DNA of 64,000 bases from NCBI GenBank assembly GCA_964425745.1, contig CAYRNW010000006.1, positions 1,499-65,498 of the forward strand, given 5' to 3'. Positions 55,691-64,000 of the stretch are shown one piece after another (position 1 is the stretch's first letter; each line of letters opens with the position of its first letter). The notes under the pieces were generated by a model that was not told the DNA's origin, did not search any database, and was given only the letters and a program-made list of their open reading frames with translations. A program made the translations under genes and the position numbers. This stretch comes from an uncultured Eubacteriales bacterium. Lineage in GTDB: Bacteria; Bacillota; JAAYKD01.

Positions 55691-56930
55691 TACCAAGAAT
55701 AGGCCAAGGCTTTCACAAGCGATGATGTTTATTATCTTGTTTGGTATCGTTAGTCTTTTTTCTGATATGACACATGAAGGTGCTTCAAGCATTCGGGGTT
55801 CCTATCTATCACTACTAGGGGCTTCCGCTGGAACCATCGGCTTCATTTCAGGGCTTGGTGAGCTGATAGGGTATTCTATGCGATATGTTTTCGGTAGAAT
55901 CACCGATAAGACAAAGAAATACTGGCCTATGACGATTGCGGGCTACTTATTAGATATCCTCGCTGTTCCGGCACTTGCACTTGTAGGTGAAAACGGATGG
56001 GTAATGGCAGCGATGCTTCTTGTAATTCAGCGAATGGGAAAAGCAATTAAAAAGCCGGCAAAAGATACCATCATGTCCTTTGCTGCTTCACAAGAAGGCG
56101 TAGGGAAAAGCTTCGGAATACAAGAAATGCTGGACCAAATTGGTGCTTTCCTCGGACCGGTTCTACTCTACATTGTAATGTTATTCAAAACCGAAGGAAC
56201 CACCTTTCAGATTTACTCTACTTGCTTTGCCTTCCTAGCAATTCCAGGAGCTATAACGATTATTCTTTTGTTTGTCACGAAACACAAATTCCCTAATCCG
56301 GAACATTTTGAGCCTGAGCCAAAAGAATACATTCCATTCAAATTGAAGAAAGAATTTGTTCTCTATATTTCGGGGATAAGCTTGTTTGCTTTTGGTTTCA
56401 TAGATTATTCTCTTATAATTATGCATATTGCCAGAACATTTACTGGAATTGCTTCCGGATTGGCCGAAACATCTTCAATCGTTAATAGTGGTACTCTTCC
56501 GCTTCTCTATGCAGGGGCCATGCTTATCGATGCCGTGTCGGCACTCTACTTTGGCTATATGTATGACAGAAAAGGGGTCAAAGCACTTGTGCTTTCTACA
56601 CTCATATCTGCACCATTTGCCTTTTTCATTTTTTCTTCTAATTCATTACCGATGGTTCTTTTTGGAATCGGCTTATGGGGCATTGGGATGGGGGCCCAGG
56701 AATCAATTTTGAAAGCAGCTGTTTCGACAATGGTTCCTAAAATGAGCCGAGCTACGGGATATGGAATTTTTGAATTCGCATTCGGTATCTTTTGGTTCCT
56801 TGGAAGTTGGCTCCTTGGTGTATTATATGATTTTAGCTTGACTACGATGATCATTGTTTCCGTTGGTACGCAATTAGCCGCAATTCCTCTATATTTCTAT
56901 TCAAACAAACTACACAATGCACATGGATAG
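55683..56930 (+). CDS. MFS transporter
   Basis: 415 aa with about 12 predicted TM helices. Overlaps the marR stop. Confidence 0.8.
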   Translation: MNNTKNRPRLSQAMMFIILFGIVSLFSDMTHEGASSIRGSYLSLLGASAGTIGFISGLGELIGYSMRYVFGRITDKTKKYWPMTIAGYLLDILAVPALALVGENGWVMAAMLLVIQRMGKAIKKPAKDTIMSFAASQEGVGKSFGIQEMLDQIGAFLGPVLLYIVMLFKTEGTTFQIYSTCFAFLAIPGAITIILLFVTKHKFPNPEHFEPEPKEYIPFKLKKEFVLYISGISLFAFGFIDYSLIIMHIARTFTGIASGLAETSSIVNSGTLPLLYAGAMLIDAVSALYFGYMYDRKGVKALVLSTLISAPFAFFIFSSNSLPMVLFGIGLWGIGMGAQESILKAAVSTMVPKMSRATGYGIFEFAFGIFWFLGSWLLGVLYDFSLTTMIIVSVGTQLAAIPLYFYSNKLHNAHG

Positions 56931-57031
56931 AGTTGGTTTGCAATCGAAATGTCGATGGCTTTTGGTTTTAAGAAGTGTGATGGATTGCGCAAAATATCAT
57001 ATGCCCTAGGTAGCTGTTGCCGCTCCGATTA

Positions 57032-58642
57032 CTAAAGTAGCAATAATCCCCTTGTGTCATATACACTTCTATATAGGGAATTATCACACCGTATCGCTCT
57101 ATCCAAAGCCATAATGGTAGCTACAGCTCCATCGATCTTCTCAGAAGATTTCTCCTTATCCGCTTTTATGTTGCCTGCGGGATCTGTTCGAACGAAGATG
57201 TTATCCATCATCCAACGTAGAATCGGGTGACCACCATGCGCAATCTTCTGCTCATATGTCAGCTTCATTAGCTCCTTTGTGGGGGGAGACATATCTTTAA
57301 AACCTTGACCGAACGGAACTACCGTGAAGCCAAGGTTTTCTAAGTTTTGGGTCATCTGCACCGCTCCCCAACGGTCGAAAGCAATCTCCCGAATGTTATA
57401 CTTTGTCCCTAACTCTTCAATAAAGGCTTCTATAAAGCCGTAGTGAACAACATTTCCTTCGGTGGTCAAAAGATAGCCTTGCTTCTTCCAAACATCATAG
57501 TTCACATGATCCCGCTTAACACGTAGATCAATGTTATCTTCCGGCATCCAAAAGTATGGCAAGATATGATATTTATCCCCCTCATCTATGGGAGGAAACA
57601 CCAAAACAAATGCGGTGATATCTGTGCTACTTGAGAGGTCCAATCCTCCATAGCAAACCCTGCCTTGCAATGCATCTGAATCGACGGTAAATGCACAAGC
57701 ATCCCATTTCTCCATAGGCATCCAACGCACTGCTTGCTTAACCCATTGATTCAATCTCAGCTGTCTGAAACTATTCTCCTCAGCTGGGTTCTGCCTGGCC
57801 GATTCAAATGCTGCTTTCACCTTGTCGATTGTCACTGTAATCCCAAGAGAAGGGTTTGCTTTCTTCCATACCTTCTGGTCGGTCCAATCATCCTCCATGG
57901 CAGCGCCATAGATTACCGGATAGAAGGTAGGGTCACTCTTTCTACCATTGATAATGTCCACTGCCTTTTGGTGAACTTCCCAACAAATGCTGTTTTGGTT
58001 ATCTCCCGCGGTAGTAATCAAAAAATACAAAGGTTGCATTCGTGCATCCCCGGAACCTTTGGTCATCACATCAAAGAGCTTTCGATTAGGTTGAGTATGA
58101 AGTTCGTCAAAAACTACACCATGTGTATTGAAACCATGCTTGTTACTGACATCGGCTGATAGCACCTGATAGATACTCCCTGTTGGCTGATAGATCAATC
58201 GCTTCATAGAGTCGAGAATTTTCACTCGTTTAGAAAGAGCAGGAGACATGCGTACCATGTCTGCAGCCACGTTGAACACGATGGAAGCTTGGTTGCGGTC
58301 CGCTGCACATCCATAGACCTCGGCCCGTTCTTCGTTGTCCCCACAGGTGAGCAGCAAAGCTACTGCTGCGGCTAGCTCAGACTTACCCATTTTTTTTGGA
58401 ATTTCCACATAGGCTGTATTGAATTGACGGTAACCATTCGGCTTTAAGGTTCCAAACACATCTCGAATGATCTGCTCCTGCCAATCGATCAGCTCAAATG
58501 GCTTTCCGGCCCAGGTTCCCTTGGTGTGCGACAATGCTTGAACAAAGGAGACAGCATAATCTGCAGCAGACTTATTATAGACTGAGTCCGCTGCTTTAAA
58601 GCGGGTCGGCTTATATCTTTTCAGCTTACGTATTGCCGTCAA
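57032..58642 (-). CDS. Terminase large subunit
   Basis: Terminase_1-like ATPase region (..VEIPKKMGKSELAAAVALLL..) and nuclease domain. TTG start abuts AAAGGAG. Confidence 0.85.
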   Translation of the reverse strand: MTAIRKLKRYKPTRFKAADSVYNKSAADYAVSFVQALSHTKGTWAGKPFELIDWQEQIIRDVFGTLKPNGYRQFNTAYVEIPKKMGKSELAAAVALLLTCGDNEERAEVYGCAADRNQASIVFNVAADMVRMSPALSKRVKILDSMKRLIYQPTGSIYQVLSADVSNKHGFNTHGVVFDELHTQPNRKLFDVMTKGSGDARMQPLYFLITTAGDNQNSICWEVHQKAVDIINGRKSDPTFYPVIYGAAMEDDWTDQKVWKKANPSLGITVTIDKVKAAFESARQNPAEENSFRQLRLNQWVKQAVRWMPMEKWDACAFTVDSDALQGRVCYGGLDLSSSTDITAFVLVFPPIDEGDKYHILPYFWMPEDNIDLRVKRDHVNYDVWKKQGYLLTTEGNVVHYGFIEAFIEELGTKYNIREIAFDRWGAVQMTQNLENLGFTVVPFGQGFKDMSPPTKELMKLTYEQKIAHGGHPILRWMMDNIFVRTDPAGNIKADKEKSSEKIDGAVATIMALDRAIRCDNSLYRSVYDTRGLLLL

Positions 58643-58770
58643 CTCCTTTCAAGCCGAGAGAACCAATCATATTAATGTGAAATTCAGAGTTTATGTTGTT
58701 TTATTTTCTCATGACTCAAGCAGGAAATATTTTACATCTATCGAAATAAACTTAAAAAAGGAGGTGTATT

Positions 58771-59622
58771 ATGCAGATTGCAACATTTGTCGGACATGAT
58801 AGTCTTACTTCACAAGTTGAAGTTTTGACAGATTCAATAATTCGAAGTGGATTGAATTGTACTTTAACTGTCTTAACACCAAAAGATTGCAGCTTTGAAA
58901 TTGAAATTCCATCCGTTATAATTGAAAAAATACCAATCCTCGTTGAGCATCGATTATTTCCATTTTATGATAAATTACAAGCTGCAGCATTTTTTGAACG
59001 AACAAGAAAGGCTCCCTTTCTTTGGGTTGACATCGATAGCCTTTTTCTTGAACAAGTCGATTTCACACAAAAAGATATCGGGTTAAGGGTCAATCCGGTG
59101 GATCATCGTAATGTTGGAGTACCTGTTGGATATGAGCTCACCCCGATGTGGTATAGGCTTATGGAGTTAACCGATTTATGCGAAGAGAATTATAAACGTT
59201 ATACGGTCTACACATCAGTTTCGGAAGAAAAGATCTATGCATATTTCAATATGGGTATGGTATATGTGAATACCGAAAGGAAACTATTTCAAAAAGCTAC
59301 TGATTACATGACCAAGGTGTTGAATGATGTAGAGATTCAAAAACACCTGAGCCAAGCCTATGTAAACCGCATATTTTTGCATCAAATGATATTTAGCATT
59401 TGTGTGTGTCAGATCTTTACAGAGCAAGAACGTTCTATATTACCACAAGGATGCAACTTGCCTTTGCATCTTTTAGCGGGACATGTTGAAGAAAAAAAGC
59501 TGATGCATGCAAAGAGTATTCGCTATGATAATTTTTTTGCTAAAAATAAAGTACCTGAGTTTATGAAAGAATGGTTGGGAGAAGAACGGCCCGACTTAGC
59601 TTTGAGGTGGTTTTATGAATAA
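58771..59622 (+). CDS. Hypothetical protein (moron, partner of flavin reductase)
   Basis: 283 aa with no recognisable motif. Coupled (8-nt overlap) to the downstream flavin reductase-like gene. Confidence 0.5.
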   Translation: MQIATFVGHDSLTSQVEVLTDSIIRSGLNCTLTVLTPKDCSFEIEIPSVIIEKIPILVEHRLFPFYDKLQAAAFFERTRKAPFLWVDIDSLFLEQVDFTQKDIGLRVNPVDHRNVGVPVGYELTPMWYRLMELTDLCEENYKRYTVYTSVSEEKIYAYFNMGMVYVNTERKLFQKATDYMTKVLNDVEIQKHLSQAYVNRIFLHQMIFSICVCQIFTEQERSILPQGCNLPLHLLAGHVEEKKLMHAKSIRYDNFFAKNKVPEFMKEWLGEERPDLALRWFYE

Positions 59623-60157
59623 TACTCGTCCGCTCATTCACCCGGTTCCCATTGTTGTTGTTGGAGTTCTAGATGGTATAGAAGGTTCAAGGGTTAATTT
59701 TACAACGATTGGTGATATAGCAATTGCTGGTTTAAATCCTCCATTACTAATGTTAAGTTTGCACGAAAGACATTTATCTAGGCAAATAATCGATGATAAG
59801 AAAAAGCTTACAGTACATATTCCAGAAGTTAAATGGTTAGATCAAATTGATTACTGCGGAGTTCATTCGGGGCATGATATGGATAAATCGAGTGTATTCC
59901 CCTTTCGGGTGTACCGAGGTTTTGTTGTCATTGACGATTTCCCTATCAACTTGCTTTGCAGGGTGAGAGAGAGAATTCAAGTTGACAAACGAGTAATATT
60001 TGTTGTGGAAGTGGATGAGATGCTGTTGAGATCAGATGTCACTATAGAAAATCTTGGTTCGTTAAACACGATACTTTATGGATTAAACAATCGGTATTAT
60101 TCTAGCGGAAAAGAAATAGGGGAAGGCTACTATACAGCAAAAAAAGGAAGCAAATAG
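59615..60157 (+). CDS. Flavin reductase-like FMN-binding domain protein
   Basis: PVPIVVVGVLDGIEGSRVNFTTIGDIAIAGLNPPLLMLSL matches the flavin reductase domain pattern. Confidence 0.6.
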   Translation: MNNTRPLIHPVPIVVVGVLDGIEGSRVNFTTIGDIAIAGLNPPLLMLSLHERHLSRQIIDDKKKLTVHIPEVKWLDQIDYCGVHSGHDMDKSSVFPFRVYRGFVVIDDFPINLLCRVRERIQVDKRVIFVVEVDEMLLRSDVTIENLGSLNTILYGLNNRYYSSGKEIGEGYYTAKKGSK

Positions 60158-60202
60158 ACCCTGCTTATCTAGACTTTTAGGAGCCCAGTAACAGCATATA
60201 AT

Positions 60203-60246
60203 TTTTTAAACGGACTGCACCACCTTGGTTGCAGTCCGTTTTTTTG
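60203..60246. terminator. Strong bidirectional rho-independent terminator (AAACGGACTGCA-loop-TGCAGTCCGTTT flanked by T6/T6)
   Basis: 12-bp perfect stem read directly, between convergent genes. Confidence 0.85.
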
Positions 60247-60257
60247 ATGTTAAGCAT

Positions 60258-60440
60258 TCATAGCTTCTTACTACCAACGAGAATAAATCGAACATAAGCA
60301 TTGGGGTCATGATCGAGGTAGTTTAGTAGCTCATAAAATCCTTTGCGAAGTGCAATCTCCCGAACTCTTGTTAAGTCGAACATGTTGGTTTCACCTGTGT
60401 CGCGAATAGCTAAGATTTGCTCCTTCACTTTATTTTCCAT
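60258..60440 (-). CDS. Small hypothetical phage protein
   Basis: 60 aa. Immediately follows the upstream ORF. Confidence 0.4.
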   Translation of the reverse strand: MENKVKEQILAIRDTGETNMFDLTRVREIALRKGFYELLNYLDHDPNAYVRFILVGSKKL

Positions 60441-60668
60441 TCAAGCTCCAACCTTTCTGCATAAATCCTCTCCATAGACAACATTCAAGGAACTCCCACA
60501 ATCCCACTTCACTAAAATGCTACCAATGTCATCGACTCCCACTACGTTTCCAAGGGAACCTATCGGTGGAGCTTGTACGTCGCCCATTTTCAGAAGCTCC
60601 ACTCTGGTGCCGGGCGGATAGCTCTTTTTCAGATGTTCAACTACTTCTCTTGATGGGAATCTATTCAT
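60441..60668 (-). CDS. Small phage protein (DUF4314-like)
   Basis: VVGVDDIGSILVKWDCGSSLNVVYGEDL motif. 75 aa. Confidence 0.45.
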   Translation of the reverse strand: MNRFPSREVVEHLKKSYPPGTRVELLKMGDVQAPPIGSLGNVVGVDDIGSILVKWDCGSSLNVVYGEDLCRKVGA

Positions 60669-61434
60669 CTTCCTCTACCTCCTGAGATTTATTCTTAAAA
60701 GCTGAATTTCCTGACAATCGTGAAAGCAGAAGCTTTCGTTCTGCTTTGAACTCGTTACCAATGAACCCTAAACGAAGAAGGAAGCAACGAAATGCATATT
60801 TTTTATTTTCTACTGTCTTTTCATTGGCTTTCACCCACTTTTGTGTTTTCGCAAGTTTGCAAAGTCCGAAAATAAAATGGCTATACGCATTGGTAGAAAC
60901 AGCTTCATTTCCAGATTCAAGAGTGAACCAAGGAAAGCTCAAAGTGCTTTCTTTTTGTTCAATGGGTAACTCACTTGTTCCAAGAGCTTTCTTGATAAGT
61001 TGCTCTTTGCTCGAAACTAGCTTTTTGAGGTTGAATAATGACTCGTCGGTAAAACCCTCACTCGGAATTTCAATCGTCAATCGGGTCGGAGTAAGATAGG
61101 CAGGTGGTTCCTTGTAATCGCAATAAGGACTAACCCTACCGCCAAGTTCTGCTTCAAAGGGAATAGAAATATCTTCTGATTTCTGATCGGCTATAATCGC
61201 CGGATCGTCGTATGAAATAGCGATTGCTTCAAAGTCGTGTATTCCACAGAGGTCAGCTACGAGTCCAGGGTTATCTGGTCCCGCAAGAGTACCGTCTTTG
61301 TCAATCCGATACGCACCGATTTCGTAAGCGAAGGAGGGAGCACCTAGATACTTTGGGGTTTGGTTTAATTCAAAACCGATGGATGTAACAAGTGCTTTGC
61401 GTTTAGCGCCAGTTAGATGGTAATCAATCTTCAT
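60661..61434 (-). CDS. Hypothetical phage protein
   Basis: About 257 aa from the ATG after AAAGGTG SD (MKIDYHLTG..). Confidence 0.5.
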   Translation of the reverse strand: MKIDYHLTGAKRKALVTSIGFELNQTPKYLGAPSFAYEIGAYRIDKDGTLAGPDNPGLVADLCGIHDFEAIAISYDDPAIIADQKSEDISIPFEAELGGRVSPYCDYKEPPAYLTPTRLTIEIPSEGFTDESLFNLKKLVSSKEQLIKKALGTSELPIEQKESTLSFPWFTLESGNEAVSTNAYSHFIFGLCKLAKTQKWVKANEKTVENKKYAFRCFLLRLGFIGNEFKAERKLLLSRLSGNSAFKNKSQEVEEDE

Positions 61435-61502
61435 GTTCTTCACACCTTTCATTTTTGATTACTACATCTATCACTCTAAACGCTGTAAATAGCAAGTCCT
61501 AA

Positions 61503-62747
61503 TTACATGATTTCAGCATCCGTTTTCATCATATCGTTGTAACTGTATTCAACGTCATCTCTTCGAAGAAACACATCTACAGAACCTCCCGCTTGCTCGA
61601 TGTATCGCTTGACGATGACGTCACAGTATTTTTCATCCAGCTCTATGGTATAACAGATGCGACCAGTCTGCTCACTGGCAATCAAGGTAGAGCCGCTACC
61701 ACCGAAGGGGTCGAGGACGATACAGTTGGATAAGCTGCTGTTCAGGATAGGGTGAGCAATTAAAGCCACCGGTTTCATGGTGGGGTGATCGATATTCTTC
61801 TTGGGTTTCTCGAACTCCCAGATGGTGGTTTGTTTTCGGTCAGCATACCAGTTGTGCTTTCCGCTTTTCTTCCAACCGAAGAGCACCGGTTCATGTTGCC
61901 ATTGATAGGGAGACCGACCAAGCACTAAGGATTGTTTCTTCCATATGCAGGTTCCGGAAAGGTAGAAACCAGCATCCGAGAACGCTTTTCTAAAATTCAA
62001 TCCTTCGGTATCAGAGTGGAATACATAGATAGAGGCATCCTTTGTCATTACTGATTCCATGTTCTGAAACGATTCCAAAAGAAACTGATAGAAGGCAACG
62101 TTTCCCATGTTGTCATTTTTGATTTTTCCAGCTGTGCCTTCATAGTTGACATTGTAAGGTGGATCGGTTACTACGAGGTTCGCTTGTTTTCCCTCCATCA
62201 GCTTAGTGAACGTTTCTTGTTTCGTGGAATCACCGCATACCAACCGGTGTGGTCCTAGTTTCCAAAGGTCACCCAGTTTCGTGATGGGCGGCTTCTGCAA
62301 CTCTGCATCGACATCAAAGTCGTCATCATGAATGCCGTCTTTAAGGGAGTCTTTGAATAAGTCATCTAACTCGGCTGCATCGAAACCGGTGAGGGTGACA
62401 TCAAAATCGGCTCCTTGCAGCTTGGTTATTAATAATGTCAGTTTCTCTTTATCCCAATCACCATTAATCTTGTTGAGTGCGATGTTGAGTGCTTTTTCTT
62501 TCTCCTCATCCATTTCGATGATTACACATTCGATTTCTTGGAAACCCAAATCGAGTAGGATTTTTAATCTTTGGTGACCCCCCACGATATGAGAGGTGGT
62601 CTTATTCCAGATTATGGGTTCTACATATCCAAATTCATGGATGGATCGTTTTAACTTTTCGTATTCGGCATCTCCCGGCTTTAAGTCTTTTCTGGGATTG
62701 TAATCAGCTGGAATCAGTTGTGTAATTTTGAGTTTCTCAATTAACAT
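61503..62747 (-). CDS. ParB-like nuclease domain fused to DNA methyltransferase (N6-adenine/N4-cytosine, DPPY motif)
   Basis: N-terminal ParB-like IPADYNPRKD..IVGGHQRLKIL. MTase motif IV VVTDPPYNV and SAM-binding LDPFGGSGST. Confidence 0.85.
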   Translation of the reverse strand: MLIEKLKITQLIPADYNPRKDLKPGDAEYEKLKRSIHEFGYVEPIIWNKTTSHIVGGHQRLKILLDLGFQEIECVIIEMDEEKEKALNIALNKINGDWDKEKLTLLITKLQGADFDVTLTGFDAAELDDLFKDSLKDGIHDDDFDVDAELQKPPITKLGDLWKLGPHRLVCGDSTKQETFTKLMEGKQANLVVTDPPYNVNYEGTAGKIKNDNMGNVAFYQFLLESFQNMESVMTKDASIYVFHSDTEGLNFRKAFSDAGFYLSGTCIWKKQSLVLGRSPYQWQHEPVLFGWKKSGKHNWYADRKQTTIWEFEKPKKNIDHPTMKPVALIAHPILNSSLSNCIVLDPFGGSGSTLIASEQTGRICYTIELDEKYCDVIVKRYIEQAGGSVDVFLRRDDVEYSYNDMMKTDAEIM

Positions 62748-63900
62748 AGTTCTTTGCCGCCTTTCTCAACTCGACTTGCATATCGACTTGCTCCCAGGGA
62801 AACAAGATGGAGTTGAAATGACCATAGGTTGCGGTATCCGCATAGAAGGGTGTTCTCAATCGTAGCTTTTCTATCATGGCAGCCGGACGCAGGTTGAACA
62901 CCTCTTTGACAATCTCTGCAAGCTGTTCGTCCGTGAGCATACTCGTCCCAAAAGAAGTTACGTTAACTGCCACCGGGCTGGCTTTACCGATGGCATAAGA
63001 AAGAGCGACCTCGCAACGTTCTGCCAGATCGCTCCCGACGATGTTTTTCGCTATGTATCGAGCCATATAAGCTCCGGATCGGTCAACCTTGGTAGGGTCT
63101 TTGCCGCAGAGTGCTCCTCCCCCATGGGATGCCAAGCCGCCGTAAGTATCTACCATGATCTTTCTACCGGTGAGTCCCGTATCTGCAGCGGGTCCACCCT
63201 CAACGAATCTTCCAGCGGGGTTGATGAAAACTTCTGTATTGTCGTCAAGGGGGAAGTCCTCAAAGCACTGCCACAACACCTGCGTCAAGATATCTGATTT
63301 CAATTCGGGTAGAGTTTTATCTTTATCGTGCTGAATCGAAATGACGATCGTCTTAACTCGCTTTGGTTTGTCATCTTCATATTCAATCGTGACTTGCGAC
63401 TTTCCATCTGGTTGGATTCCCTTGATCAGCTTCCCCTTACGGCAACTGTCGATTCTCTTAACAATCCGATGAGCTAAGACGATTGGGAGAGGTAGATACT
63501 CCTGGGTTTCTTTGCAAGCATAGCCATACACAGTTCCTTGGTCCCCGGCACCCAAAGAGCTATAGGGTTCACTGATACCTTGCCTTACTTCCAATGCTTG
63601 ATTGACTCCAGCAGAGATATCTGCACTTTGCTGATGTATGAAAATTAGAATGTCATATTCACTTGGGTTATTTCCAACATCACGTAAAACGCTTCTCGTA
63701 ATGGATCGGATATCCACTTTTGTGCTACAGGTGATTTCACCCGCTACGATAATTTTACCTTTGGTCGCAAGCACTTCGCATGCCACGCGAGAAGCTCTGT
63801 CTTCGCGTAAACAGGCATCCAGAATACTGTCTGCGACGAAGTCACAAAGTTTATCGGGATGACCCATGCACACACACTCTGCTGTTTTATAAGTTAGCAT
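62737..63900 (-). CDS. metK: S-adenosylmethionine synthetase (MetK), phage-encoded
   Basis: GHPDKLCDFVADSILDACL N-terminus and GGGALCGKDPTKVDRSGAYMAR MetK signatures. Start at the ATG 5 nt after GGAGG (63900). 11-nt overlap with the MTase gene. Confidence 0.9.
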   Translation of the reverse strand: MLTYKTAECVCMGHPDKLCDFVADSILDACLREDRASRVACEVLATKGKIIVAGEITCSTKVDIRSITRSVLRDVGNNPSEYDILIFIHQQSADISAGVNQALEVRQGISEPYSSLGAGDQGTVYGYACKETQEYLPLPIVLAHRIVKRIDSCRKGKLIKGIQPDGKSQVTIEYEDDKPKRVKTIVISIQHDKDKTLPELKSDILTQVLWQCFEDFPLDDNTEVFINPAGRFVEGGPAADTGLTGRKIMVDTYGGLASHGGGALCGKDPTKVDRSGAYMARYIAKNIVGSDLAERCEVALSYAIGKASPVAVNVTSFGTSMLTDEQLAEIVKEVFNLRPAAMIEKLRLRTPFYADTATYGHFNSILFPWEQVDMQVELRKAAKNYVN

Positions 63901-64000
63901 AATTACCTCCATATTGCATAATCTATCCACTTCGAGTATAATATAACTGAGTCAAGGTCTCCTCCTCATTGACTCACCAGACCCAAAGGGCCCGAAAAGG

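Overview
This 64 kb window comes from a low-GC Gram-positive (Bacillota-like) genome, judging by strong GGAGG-type Shine-Dalgarno sites and frequent ATGA/TAATG overlaps between genes. Five blocks are visible. (1) 1-9.9 kb, minus strand, is a phage-type replication module: SNF2 helicase with a broken Walker-A frame, VRR-NUC, VirE-type primase, PD-(D/E)xK nuclease, DUF4406, family-A DNA polymerase, DUF2815 SSB-like protein, DUF2800 Cas4-like nuclease and a sigma-70 region-4 regulator with a Cys-cluster. (2) 10.3-28.35 kb, plus strand, is a dense defense island: an Nbr1-FW-domain protein, an Xis-like HTH, a type I RM system (hsdM-hsdS-hsdR), a Hachiman-like pair (DUF1837-like protein plus DExH helicase), and McrBC with a PUA/EVE-like reader. 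McrC is translationally coupled to a macro-domain/XRE-HTH fusion and a small GIY-YIG (T5orf172-like) protein. A vWA protein plus an ADP-ribosylglycohydrolase follow. (3) 28.35-28.87 kb is a repeat-rich intergenic boundary. It is followed, through 35.2 kb, by markedly AT-rich housekeeping-like genes: GGDEF, HAD, UbiB/ABC1 kinase, DegV, phasin-like, TetR and Hsp20. (4) 35.4-38.9 kb holds three tandem large serine recombinase genes, the middle one a recombinase-domain-only fragment. (5) 39.2-64 kb, minus strand, is a phage late module: amidase endolysin, holin, tail fibers, tape measure with a G/GT -1 frameshift chaperone, major tail, head-tail connectors, HK97 capsid, ClpP protease, portal and large terminase. 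Plus-strand morons sit inside it (MarR+MFS pump with a perfect palindromic operator; flavin reductase pair). A ParB-nuclease/DNA-methyltransferase fusion translationally overlaps a phage-encoded MetK at the right edge. A conserved ~41-nt motif occurs three times, at 5.06, 9.3 and 39.2 kb. Two copies bracket the roughly 30 kb cargo in direct orientation. The McrBC-macro/HTH-GIY-YIG array and the adjacent vWA-ADP-ribosylglycohydrolase pair are the most promising candidates for an undescribed ADP-ribose-linked defense module. I found no tRNA, rRNA or CRISPR array.
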